Virus record (IMG/VR): IMGVR_UViG_3300044675_004382
Span: 1-34,137 of that record
Reading direction: 5' to 3' (one strand)
Origin: a virus
Lineage: Duplodnaviria > Caudoviricetes
Length of the DNA stretch: 34,137 nt
The translations under genes were made by a program, and so were the position numbers. This document shows positions 25,101 through 33,846 of this stretch, piece by piece (the first letter of the stretch is position 1; the number at the start of each line of letters is the position of its first letter). Below the pieces are notes generated by a model. The model was not told the DNA's origin, searched no databases, and saw nothing but the letters and a program-made list of their open reading frames with translations.

Positions 25101-26060
25101 ATGGCATTATCATTCAGCGGCATAAGTGCATATACTAAACAAGACATTGCACCCTTATTGACCGAAGCGGTTTTCTCCGCAAAAACACAAACTTTGTTAA
25201 AGCAAGGTGGTATCTTATTACCTAAAACAAAGTCTAGCGTTGCAGTACCTAAATTAGCTACTAACGCAAACTTCCAAGCTGATGCTTGTGGTTGGAACGC
25301 AAGTGGTACAACTACTTTGTCTCAAGCTACTGTTACAGTTGGTAAAATCAAAATCGAAGAAGCAATTTGCCCTAAAGATTTTGAAGCTTACTTCACTCAA
25401 GAAGCTTTAAGAGCGGGTTCTACTTACGAAGATTTTGGATGGGCTGAATTCCAAACTAAATTTGCAGAGCAAAAAAATAAGATGATTGCTAAGCAATTAG
25501 AGATTGGCTTATGGCAAGGTGATACTGATTCTTCTAGCGAAAACTTAAAGCGTTTCAATGGTTTAATTAAGTTGATTGATGCTGGTTCTCCAGTTGATGC
25601 TAACGTATCTGGTTTTGTATCTGGTGCGCCTATTTCTACTTTGACTCAAAATAACATTGTATCTGCTTTACAAGGTGTATACAAAGCTATCCCAGTTGAA
25701 ATTGTAGACGCTGACGATTTACATATTTTCGTTGGACATGATGCTTACAGATTAGCAGTTTTAGCTTACCAAGCATTAAACCTTTACAACTACCAAATTG
25801 ATGCTGATTCTAATGGTATGTTTGTTATCCCAGGAACTAACGCTAAGTTAGTAGCGGTTAACGGATTGAACGGAACTGGTGACATGTACGCTACAACTTT
25901 GTCTAACATTGCTATGGCGTTTGACTTAGAAGCAGAAGAAGACAATTACACTATCTGGTATTCTAAAGATAATAACGAAGTTCGTTATAGAGTAGCTTTC
26001 AAATTAGGTGTGAACGTAGCTTATACACAATTCTGTGTTAAGTTTAAGTCAACTATCTAA
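25101..26060 (+). CDS. Major capsid protein
   Basis: 319 aa; EEAICPKD, WQGD, FNGLIK motifs; optimised codons; followed by a strong terminator. Confidence 0.85.
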   Translation: MALSFSGISAYTKQDIAPLLTEAVFSAKTQTLLKQGGILLPKTKSSVAVPKLATNANFQADACGWNASGTTTLSQATVTVGKIKIEEAICPKDFEAYFTQEALRAGSTYEDFGWAEFQTKFAEQKNKMIAKQLEIGLWQGDTDSSSENLKRFNGLIKLIDAGSPVDANVSGFVSGAPISTLTQNNIVSALQGVYKAIPVEIVDADDLHIFVGHDAYRLAVLAYQALNLYNYQIDADSNGMFVIPGTNAKLVAVNGLNGTGDMYATTLSNIAMAFDLEAEEDNYTIWYSKDNNEVRYRVAFKLGVNVAYTQFCVKFKSTI

Positions 26061-26078
26061 TTAAATAAATAACCAAAG

Positions 26079-26110
26079 AAAGGCGGTGCAATAAACGCCG
26101 CCTTTTTTTT
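26079..26110 (+). terminator. Intrinsic terminator after the capsid gene
   Basis: AAAGGCGGTG-loop-CGCCGCCTTT followed by a T-run. Confidence 0.85.
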
Positions 26111-26122
26111 AAACTTTTTTTT

Positions 26123-26641
26123 ATGCCATGTGCAATAACTAGCGGATATACAATCGATTGCCGCGAAAATATAGGAGGATTAAAAGCAGTATTTATTGCC
26201 GAGTTTGGCAATATTTCTGGCGTTACAGAGGTAAGCGGTCTAGTTACCGGCATTACTAAGGCAACTGGTAAGCGTTTCTACAAGTTTGAGGTGCCACGTG
26301 CTACCGCAAATACTAGTTCTAATGCCACTGGATCGGAAGAAAATGGATCTTTGTTTTACACACACCAAGTAGTATTGCCTTTAAATAAAAGGGATAGCAC
26401 TACCGCTAACGTGGTACGTACTTTAGCTAAAGCTAAATTAATGGTTGTAACCTTAGACATGGATGGCAACTACCGCATGTTTGGTAAGGGTAACGGCCTT
26501 TACTTAGCTTCTACCGAGAATGGTAGTGGTACTGCGGCGGGTGATCGTAACGGATACAATATTACTTTAACTGGCGTTGAGCCGGATGATTTCTTACAAG
26601 TGTCTAATGCAGTAGGCTTGGCGCTTGAAACTGCTGGGTAA
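26123..26641 (+). CDS. Major tail tube protein
   Basis: CRENIGGLK, ENGSLFY, GTAAGDRNGYNITLTG; followed by a terminator. Confidence 0.75.
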   Translation: MPCAITSGYTIDCRENIGGLKAVFIAEFGNISGVTEVSGLVTGITKATGKRFYKFEVPRATANTSSNATGSEENGSLFYTHQVVLPLNKRDSTTANVVRTLAKAKLMVVTLDMDGNYRMFGKGNGLYLASTENGSGTAAGDRNGYNITLTGVEPDDFLQVSNAVGLALETAG

Positions 26642-26667
26642 TTCTACCTTAAGTAGTATTTAATTAT

Positions 26668-26700
26668 GCCCTACCTACTTTGTGTGGGTAGGGTTTTTTA
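26668..26700 (+). terminator. Intrinsic terminator after the tail tube gene
   Basis: GCCCTACCTAC-TTTGT-GTGGGTAGGGT followed by TTTTT. Confidence 0.85.
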
Positions 26701-26711
26701 ATTTATAACAA

Positions 26712-27083
26712 ATGTTACATATATATAAAGGCACTAACAATAACTTAATATTTACCGGCTTAGAATTGGCGACAATTACTAACCCATATTATTTATTTAT
26801 TTTCACTAGTGCTACCGAAGAAAATGTTATATTTGTAGGGACTAATATTAGCACCGATGATAGGTATCAAAAAGTCTTAGTTTTGAATAGTGTTTTTATA
26901 AATAAAGAAAGCGGGACTTGGCGTTACAGAATAAGAGAGCAAGCAAGTCCAACTAACACCAATGAGGCCTTAAGTGGCAATATAGTTGAAGAAGGTTTTA
27001 TGTATTTGCATGATGCAACTGCATTCCAACCGGTACAATATAACCAACAAGATAACGAATTTAAAACTTACAATGGTGAATAA
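26712..27083 (+). CDS. Virion structural protein (possible head closure)
   Basis: Beta-rich 123 aa, overlapping the portal start. Confidence 0.55.
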   Translation: MLHIYKGTNNNLIFTGLELATITNPYYLFIFTSATEENVIFVGTNISTDDRYQKVLVLNSVFINKESGTWRYRIREQASPTNTNEALSGNIVEEGFMYLHDATAFQPVQYNQQDNEFKTYNGE

Positions 27084-29055
27084 AGCATATAACATTATAA
27101 ACGTACAATTTGACCAAGCACAACAGCCTAGATTTGAAGAAAAGAAAGGCCGTAACTACGTCGAATTTGGCGAACGAAACAACTACCCAAACTACTTAAT
27201 TGACCTATTTGGCGAAAGTCCAAAGCACGGCGCAATTGTTAAAGGTAAAGTGAATTATATTTTTGGTAAAGGCTTTGAGGATATTGCTCAAAAAGCTAAC
27301 ACCCAAGGCGAGACCTGGAATCAAATTTTAAAGCGCTCTATTTTAGATGATGAATTACATGGCGGTTTTTACTTACAAATTATTTATAATGCGCTAGGTA
27401 AAATTAAGGATGTATTCCATATCGAGTTCCAAAAGGTGCGTGCTAACAAAGAACTAAATTGTTTCTATGTTAAAAACGACTGGACTGCTAGCGACTTTAA
27501 AGAAAAAGCGCGCGAATACCCAGCCTTTAATTTAAACGACCCAACCGGATCGCAAATATTATTTGTAAAGCAGTACAACCCTAAAAGCGATGTATATCCT
27601 TTACCAAGTTACTTCCAAGGTTTAAACTACATTGAAAGTGATATACAAGTAAGCCGACACATTCTAGGTAATGCAAAGCATAATTTTGTCGCTACTAAGT
27701 TAATTAATTTTAATAACGGCCTACCTCAAGAAGAAGAGCAAGAAGAAGTAGAACGTGATTTAAAGAATAAGTTTGCTAACCATGACGGCGACCGCGTTGT
27801 AATTGCGTTTAACCCTAGTAGGGAAAATGCCGTTGATATTGTAAGCCTTGGCGAAACAAGTTTGACAAAAGAAGACTTTACAAATGTCAACACTTTAATT
27901 ATGCAAGAAATATTTTCTTGCCATCAAGTTACAAGCCCTATGTTATTTGGTATTAAGACCGAAGGACAATTAGGTGGACGTAGCGAAATTAGAGACGCTT
28001 ACCAAATTTTCCAAAATACATACGTTAACGAGCGCCAGCAAGAACACGAGCAAACTTTTAGTAAGCTTATGAATTTAGCCGGTATCGAAGGCGAGCATAA
28101 GATAGTACCAGTTGAGCCGTTAAGCTTTGAATTTAGCGAAGCCGTAATGAGCGCAAATATGACGCGTGATGAAATTAGAGAGAAGCTAGGCTTACAAAGT
28201 GAAGTGGCAAAAGATGCAAGCGGTGCGCCGGTGGTGCAGCCAGTGCAAGCAAATGCAACTTTAACTAACTTAAGCGGACGCCAGCACCAAAACGTTATGC
28301 GCATAGTAAGACAGTTTGCTAATGGTAAGATTAACAAGGCGCAAGCAAGCTTAATGCTTAAAAATGGTTTTGGTTTTACCGACGATGATGTTAATACGTT
28401 TTTAGGCGTGGACGAAGATCCGGCAACGGAGCAAGCATTTGCAAGTATGCAAGACGAATTATTACTTAATGAGTTTGCATCATGCGGAGACGATGTTAAT
28501 GACTTTGAAGTAATAGAAACCCACGAAGCTAGAAACTACGAAAAGTTTGCCGACGAGGAAATTAACGTACTTAAAGCAAACGTGCTTGATTTAATTAGCA
28601 AAGACAAACGTGTAACGCCTGAGGTTATGGCCAAGGTGCTTAACAAAAGCGTCGAGCAAATAGATAACGCACTAGAGGCGCTAAAGATTGAGGGGTACTT
28701 AGTCCAAACCGGTATGGAAATAAGTATTTTAGCCCCTAATTATACACCGGTTGTAAGAAAGTTAACCGAGCCACTAAAGAAGATTCCAGGTGGCGACAAG
28801 GCAACTAAGACCGAGGTGCTTTTAAGATATACTTACCAAGGGCCGGAAGATAGTAAGAATAGACCATTTTGTGCGCGCATGTTACAACTAGCTAAAACAA
28901 AGCTTTGGAGCCGTAGCGACATAGAAAACATAAGCGAGCGTTTAGGCTACTCGGTATGGGATAGGAGAGGCGGTTGGTTTACGGAGCCTAACGGCAACCA
29001 TAGACCTTATTGCAGACATAGATGGGATGTTAAAATAGTAACACGTAAAAAATAA
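27073..29055 (+). CDS. Portal protein with a C-terminal MuF-like extension (start moved to ATG 27073)
   Basis: FGERNNYP, SPKHGAI, YPLPSY, HQVTSPMLFGI, MTRDEIRE portal motifs; tail YQGPEDSKNRPFC...PYCRHRW. Confidence 0.85.
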   Translation: MVNKAYNIINVQFDQAQQPRFEEKKGRNYVEFGERNNYPNYLIDLFGESPKHGAIVKGKVNYIFGKGFEDIAQKANTQGETWNQILKRSILDDELHGGFYLQIIYNALGKIKDVFHIEFQKVRANKELNCFYVKNDWTASDFKEKAREYPAFNLNDPTGSQILFVKQYNPKSDVYPLPSYFQGLNYIESDIQVSRHILGNAKHNFVATKLINFNNGLPQEEEQEEVERDLKNKFANHDGDRVVIAFNPSRENAVDIVSLGETSLTKEDFTNVNTLIMQEIFSCHQVTSPMLFGIKTEGQLGGRSEIRDAYQIFQNTYVNERQQEHEQTFSKLMNLAGIEGEHKIVPVEPLSFEFSEAVMSANMTRDEIREKLGLQSEVAKDASGAPVVQPVQANATLTNLSGRQHQNVMRIVRQFANGKINKAQASLMLKNGFGFTDDDVNTFLGVDEDPATEQAFASMQDELLLNEFASCGDDVNDFEVIETHEARNYEKFADEEINVLKANVLDLISKDKRVTPEVMAKVLNKSVEQIDNALEALKIEGYLVQTGMEISILAPNYTPVVRKLTEPLKKIPGGDKATKTEVLLRYTYQGPEDSKNRPFCARMLQLAKTKLWSRSDIENISERLGYSVWDRRGGWFTEPNGNHRPYCRHRWDVKIVTRKK

Positions 29056-29058
29056 ACA

Positions 29059-29643
29059 ATGAGTTTAAACATACTTTTCATAAACGAGACTTTAATTAAA
29101 AGCCGCACCGCAATAAGCGACGCCATAGATGGCAAGCAAATAAAGCCAACAATTAAGCTAGCGCAAGATAAATACATTTTGCCGGCTTTAGGTAGTGGGC
29201 TTTATAATAGACTCCAAGCCGGTATTGATGCCAACAACTTAACCGCTAACGAAAAGCTTTTGCTTGATGATTATGTAACCGATGCTTTGCTTTGGTTTAC
29301 AATTGGTGAAATGGTAATAGCTACAAGCTACCAATTCTTTAGCAAGGGCGTATTGCAAAAGGGCGCGGAAGAAAGTAATAACCCTAGCAAGGGCCAGCTT
29401 GAATTACTAGAGCGTAAGTATATGTCAAACGGCGAATTTTATAAGCAACGTTTAATTGATTACTTGCGTGAAAATACAGAACTTTATTTAGAATACTTAG
29501 ACTACGGAAGTGGGTTTGATGCCATTGCACCGCAAGTGCAAGCGTACACCTCACCAATATTTTTGGGCAAGCGTAGTACTAGAAGACGTGTCAGCAATTT
29601 AGATTTACCATATCCATATAATTATGAAGGTACGCAGTTATAA
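29059..29643 (+). CDS. Putative head-tail adaptor
   Basis: Helical; AQDKYILPALGSGLY, FYKQRLIDYL; follows the portal gene. Confidence 0.6.
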   Translation: MSLNILFINETLIKSRTAISDAIDGKQIKPTIKLAQDKYILPALGSGLYNRLQAGIDANNLTANEKLLLDDYVTDALLWFTIGEMVIATSYQFFSKGVLQKGAEESNNPSKGQLELLERKYMSNGEFYKQRLIDYLRENTELYLEYLDYGSGFDAIAPQVQAYTSPIFLGKRSTRRRVSNLDLPYPYNYEGTQL

Positions 29644-29678
29644 ACGCGAGTTCTTAGACAAAGTAAAACAAAAATTTA

Positions 29679-30113
29679 ATGACCTACAACCAAGTAATAA
29701 AGACAATAAAAGCAATCCTAGGGAGCCACGCAATGATAAAGAGCGTAAAGGCGGCGACACCAAGGGAATGGCTTTTCGAGGATAGCCAGCCGGTTTTTCC
29801 CGTTGCTTGCTTTGCCATGAATAGCGGAAGCTTGAACGTAGGCCGTGAGCAAGTATATAACTTGTCTTTGTGGTTTTTAGATAAGGCCGGCATGGAGCGT
29901 GAATTTGAGGATGATGTGGCATCGGATCAATTACAAATATGCGCGGACATTATAAGCGAACTACGTAACGGCGCTAACAATTGGATAATAGACGATAATA
30001 TTACTTATAGTTTAATTAGTGATAAGTTTGAAGATTATTTAGCCGGTGTTGAAATTAGTTTTAACATGACAACGTTTTCGGATTTTGATGCATGTGATAT
30101 ACCTTTAAATTAA
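29679..30113 (+). CDS. Putative tail terminator
   Basis: 144-aa acidic alpha/beta protein ending DACDIP; position in the neck module. Confidence 0.55.
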   Translation: MTYNQVIKTIKAILGSHAMIKSVKAATPREWLFEDSQPVFPVACFAMNSGSLNVGREQVYNLSLWFLDKAGMEREFEDDVASDQLQICADIISELRNGANNWIIDDNITYSLISDKFEDYLAGVEISFNMTTFSDFDACDIPLN

Positions 30114-30121
30114 TAACAATA

Positions 30122-30478
30122 ATGAGTACATATATACAACGATTTGCAAACCTTAACGGCGTAACCGATACGCAAAGCACATGGCTACAAGCTATATGCG
30201 AGGCGAACGGCATTATGAATCCGGTTAACGGAACTTGGATTGAAGCGCTTGCACGATTTGAAGGTGCAACGGATCCGGTTAACGGAACTTGGGCCGAGGC
30301 TTTAGTGCATGAAATGGGATTGACTTTAAATGGAACGTGGATGCAAACCTTAGCCGAGCAAGGTTTAATTAACTTAGTTGAGGCTACCGATTATCAAACT
30401 AGAGTACTTGCAGCCGGTGGAGTTGTTGAAGGGTTAACATGTTTTACAAACAAAATAAGATTTTTATTATATCATTAA
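30122..30478 (+). CDS. Small repeat protein, probable fibre adaptor
   Basis: Four ~18-aa (NG/QS)TWxxxL repeats; C-terminal YQTRVLAAGGVVEGLTC. Confidence 0.65.
   Translation: MSTYIQRFANLNGVTDTQSTWLQAICEANGIMNPVNGTWIEALARFEGATDPVNGTWAEALVHEMGLTLNGTWMQTLAEQGLINLVEATDYQTRVLAAGGVVEGLTCFTNKIRFLLYH
30219..30292 (+). repeat. 20-bp direct repeat ATCCGGTTAACGGAACTTGG x2
   Basis: Copies at 30219 and 30273, 54-nt period matching the protein repeat. Confidence 0.85.
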
Positions 30479-30490
30479 AATAAATAAACT

Positions 30491-32296
30491 ATGGCATCTT
30501 TTTACGATAGCGCATCAATTATAACAATCCCTAGCGGATATAAAGTAGGCACCTTGTATAGTGCCAAGCCTACCGATGGCACCGGTGATATGACATTCAC
30601 AAGAACGGGCGACACGGCGACTAGAGTTAATAGTGCCGGTATTATTGAAAGGTGTATTACTAACCTTGCTTTGCAATCAAATAACTTTAGTAATGCGAGT
30701 TGGACAAAGTCAAATACAACTATTGGAACTGGTATTACAGATCCAAATGGTGGCACTACTGCATTTTCAATGGCTGGTAGTTCAAGTACTTCTAATGTTA
30801 AAAATATTTCTCAAACTGTTTTTACTACTGGTAGTGATGCAAAAACTGTTTCTATATACGCTAAAGCAAATACACATTCTTTTATTCAAATTAGGATGGC
30901 AAGTTCTGGTAATGTTTTTGCAAATTTTGATTTAACAAATGGTACATTTTCTGCTGGAATTAGTGCTAGTGTAACTATGACAAGTATTGGAGGCGGTTGG
31001 TATCGTTGCATAGTCGCAAGTACTACAACTAATAGTATTGCAAATATTCAACTAGTTGATTCTTTAGCGGCAGTTATTAACGAATCGTCTACCACTACCA
31101 ACTCCGTTTACATTTGGCGCGCGCAAGCACAACTAGGCGACCTTGCTACAAACTATATTGATACCACAACGGCGGCGGTTACCGAAGGGCCGGTTACAAA
31201 CCTACCACGTTTGGATTATTTTGGTAGCACATGCCCTCAATTATTGATGGAGCCGACAAGGACTAATTTGATACCTTATAGCCAAATGTTTGATAATAGT
31301 GCTTGGACTAAAGATGCTGCATCTGTTAGTGGCAATGTTTTAGTAAGTCCAGATGGATACACTAATGCCGATTTATTAGTTGAAGATTCATCACTAGGCA
31401 ACCACAGAGTATTTAGGTCTATTTCATACGTATCTGGGACAACTTATGCTGCAAGTTGTTTTATAAAGCAAGGTTCTGGAACTAGAAGAATAATATTATT
31501 TTATGGTTCCACCGCTTTTGGATCAAATTTGATGGTAAATTTTAATATTCAAACCGGAGTAGTTACAACAAGTTCGGGATCTATTACTGGTAAATTAGAA
31601 AATTATGGAAATGGTTGGTATCGTTGTACTGCTATTGCCACTGCTACCATTACTGCTACTACAGCATTTGGTATATATTTAAGACAAACCGATGCAGCTA
31701 CTTCGGCTACTTACACTGGAGACGGAACTTCTAGTATGTACCTTTGGGGAGCGCAACTTGAAGCCGGCGCGTACGCTACAAGTTATATCCCAACAACCGC
31801 GGCGACTGTTACTAGGAATAATGATTTATGTTCTAGAAGTGGAATTACAAATTTATTAGGACAAACTGAAGGAACTTTCTTTATTGATTTTAATAAAACT
31901 AGTGACGTCGGAGTATCTACACAGCCGGCGGTTATTACTTTAAATGGTGGATCAATTGCAACTAGAGTACTTATTGGATACCAAGCATTCGCAAATGTCA
32001 TTGACGTTTCTCTTAGGGTTAACTCAGTAACAATATTTACTGGTAGTACTTCTGGAATTACAACTAATAGAGTAAAAGTTGCAGTAGCTTATAAAATAAA
32101 TGATTTATCTGTTTATATAAACGGCGTGCAAGTTCAAACTGCTTCTTTGTCAACTGATTTTTCAACTTATAATTTGACACAATTTAGTTTTGATAATGGA
32201 GGTGGAACAAATCAATTACATGCAAAAACAAACCAAGCTTTAGTTTTTAAAACAAGATTAACCAACGACGAATTAGCAACCCTTACAACTTTATAA
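30491..32296 (+). CDS. Fibre/spike protein with duplicated carbohydrate-binding-like domains and a LamG-like C-terminus
   Basis: Two copies of TNL..S..F.N..WTK...G.GWYRC...Y.W.AQ...G..AT.YI.TT.A.VT; C-terminal EGTFFIDF...KVAVAY...VYING. Confidence 0.75.
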   Translation: MASFYDSASIITIPSGYKVGTLYSAKPTDGTGDMTFTRTGDTATRVNSAGIIERCITNLALQSNNFSNASWTKSNTTIGTGITDPNGGTTAFSMAGSSSTSNVKNISQTVFTTGSDAKTVSIYAKANTHSFIQIRMASSGNVFANFDLTNGTFSAGISASVTMTSIGGGWYRCIVASTTTNSIANIQLVDSLAAVINESSTTTNSVYIWRAQAQLGDLATNYIDTTTAAVTEGPVTNLPRLDYFGSTCPQLLMEPTRTNLIPYSQMFDNSAWTKDAASVSGNVLVSPDGYTNADLLVEDSSLGNHRVFRSISYVSGTTYAASCFIKQGSGTRRIILFYGSTAFGSNLMVNFNIQTGVVTTSSGSITGKLENYGNGWYRCTAIATATITATTAFGIYLRQTDAATSATYTGDGTSSMYLWGAQLEAGAYATSYIPTTAATVTRNNDLCSRSGITNLLGQTEGTFFIDFNKTSDVGVSTQPAVITLNGGSIATRVLIGYQAFANVIDVSLRVNSVTIFTGSTSGITTNRVKVAVAYKINDLSVYINGVQVQTASLSTDFSTYNLTQFSFDNGGGTNQLHAKTNQALVFKTRLTNDELATLTTL

Positions 32297-32297
32297 T

Positions 32298-32552
32298 ATG
32301 CAATTTAGAAAATACGAAATGACCGAAGCCACATGGTCAACTTTAAAAGAAACTTTAGCCGAAGATGTTATCGCAATTGAACTAGGTTTTCTAGATGAAA
32401 ACTTAGCCCAAATGTATAGCATCGATATTATATGGCCGGACACCGAAGCCAAGAACTTTAGCAAATACAAAGTGTGGCCGGAGCCTATGGGTTACCATTC
32501 ATTCGGGTACGATATAGACCTTGATTATATTAACGCTTATAACAACCGATAA
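32298..32552 (+). CDS. Hypothetical protein, possible fibre chaperone
   Basis: Starts 1 nt after the fibre gene; acidic 84 aa. Confidence 0.6.
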   Translation: MQFRKYEMTEATWSTLKETLAEDVIAIELGFLDENLAQMYSIDIIWPDTEAKNFSKYKVWPEPMGYHSFGYDIDLDYINAYNNR

Positions 32553-32725
32553 TGACTCAAGATTCAAGTCAAGCTTTAATTAACACCGGCGTCTCAATGA
32601 CCGCCGCGACATTGTCAGTAACCCAAGCACAACCTTTTGTGACTTTAGTGGCCGGCTTGGTTGCTATTATTTCTGGTTTTATGGCAATAAGATATTACTA
32701 TAAAGCAACTAAAAAATATGACTAG
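32552..32725 (+). CDS. Putative holin (57 aa; not in ORF track)
   Basis: MTQDSSQALINTGVSMTAATLSVTQAQPFVTLVAGLVAIISGFMAIRYYYKATKKYD: TM segment(s) plus a basic tail; TAATG coupling. Confidence 0.65.
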   Translation: MTQDSSQALINTGVSMTAATLSVTQAQPFVTLVAGLVAIISGFMAIRYYYKATKKYD

Positions 32726-33254
32726 GTTTTTCTTACTCATATCACTTTTAGTCATTGCACTACTTTTAAGCAAATCTTACAAGGTAAGCGATCCTATAAT
32801 TATAACAACCATCGACACGCTTAAGGTTAAGCACGACTCGCTTATATATCGTAAAGGCAAAGATATCCGAAAAGATACGATTATATACGATACCATATCC
32901 GTAAGCACACCAGTTGACACCAACGCGATACTTAAAGAGTATTTCGCTAAGCATATTTATAAGGACACAATAAGCATACAAGACGGCACCATTGCCATTA
33001 CCGACACGATTAGCAAGAACGCTATCTTTGGCCGTTCGGTAAGTGCAAGCATTACGCACAAAATTATTAAAGAGGTGCGCGAAATCCGTATTCCTTACCA
33101 ACCTAAAGGAGAACTTTATATCGGAGGCAACGCTACAACTAAAGGAACTTTAGGAGCGGGCCTTATTTATAAGATGCCATACAAGGGACAAATTCAGCTA
33201 AACATAAACACAAACAAAGAATTTCAAATAGGATATTTTAAAAAGATACTATGA
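32718..33254 (+). CDS. Membrane-anchored lysis-module protein (spanin-like)
   Basis: N-terminal hydrophobic anchor, DT/DS-rich stalk, amphipathic beta-strands at the C-terminus. Confidence 0.55.
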   Translation: MTRFFLLISLLVIALLLSKSYKVSDPIIITTIDTLKVKHDSLIYRKGKDIRKDTIIYDTISVSTPVDTNAILKEYFAKHIYKDTISIQDGTIAITDTISKNAIFGRSVSASITHKIIKEVREIRIPYQPKGELYIGGNATTKGTLGAGLIYKMPYKGQIQLNINTNKEFQIGYFKKIL

Positions 33255-33520
33255 CACTACCAATGACATTTAAAGAGTTTGCCAAGAACCCAATAGTTGC
33301 GACGCTATTTTTAGTATTGCTTGCAATATCATATTTATACATTGACGTCCGTACTACGTTTAAAGACCAAATCACAATGCAGAATATAAAGGTGGAAAAG
33401 CTAGATGATAAGGTTGACGTTATGCAAGTGGCCTTAAGAAGATGCGACTCAAGCTTAGCGTCGGCAACGGCAAAACTTAGCACTTTAGAAAGTTTAGGAA
33501 AAATTCAAGCAATAAAATAA
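33251..33520 (+). CDS. Membrane protein with a coiled coil (lysis module)
   Basis: One TM (IVATLFLVLLAISYLYI) followed by a heptad-rich helix. Confidence 0.6.
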   Translation: MTLPMTFKEFAKNPIVATLFLVLLAISYLYIDVRTTFKDQITMQNIKVEKLDDKVDVMQVALRRCDSSLASATAKLSTLESLGKIQAIK

Positions 33521-33846
33521 TGAAATATCTTTTATTTATATTTTTATTTGGTTGCACGGCTACGGCGCAAATGCCAAGTGAAGACACAAAGGATGATATT
33601 GAGTTTCAAAAATTGATGGATCAAGTAAGCCAAACTAACGCCATGTCAGTAGAGGTGCAAGCAAAGGCAACTAAAAAAGAAGCGGAAATAGTAAAACAAG
33701 CCGTGGAAAAAATAACCGAATTAAAGCAAGAAGTCAATATATTAAAAACTGAATTAAACGATGTTAAACAAGCTTTGGATAGTGTTAGCAATGATACTGG
33801 TGTCAGTTTCAAGCTATTCGCAATACCCAATAATAAAGAAAATTAA
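33520..33846 (+). CDS. Putative lipoprotein with a coiled coil (spanin candidate)
   Basis: MKYLLFIFLFG-C lipobox-like signal. Confidence 0.6.
   Translation: MKYLLFIFLFGCTATAQMPSEDTKDDIEFQKLMDQVSQTNAMSVEVQAKATKKEAEIVKQAVEKITELKQEVNILKTELNDVKQALDSVSNDTGVSFKLFAIPNNKEN

Noticed and set aside
26986-27072. N-terminal extension of the portal from TTG 26986
   Set aside because: Overlaps the upstream gene by 98 nt and reads as off-frame sequence; ATG 27073 fits better
29624-29785. 53-aa ORF MKVRSYKREFLDKVKQKF... bridging the adaptor and terminator genes
   Set aside because: Mostly overlaps the next gene with a low-complexity off-frame tail; it may be a coupling peptide, but there is no supporting evidence
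30650-31820. Duplicated fibre domains as a diversity-generating retroelement TR/VR pair
   Set aside because: Similarity is at the protein level only, there is no adenine-specific mismatch pattern, and no reverse transcriptase is present in the window
2015-33830. Other nested or antisense ORFs in the track (e.g. 2015, 8095, 8971, 9264, 11736, 12870, 22199, 24480, 27999, 30633, 32766, 33621)
   Set aside because: They lie wholly or almost wholly within conserved genes, have atypical composition and show no recognisable motifs
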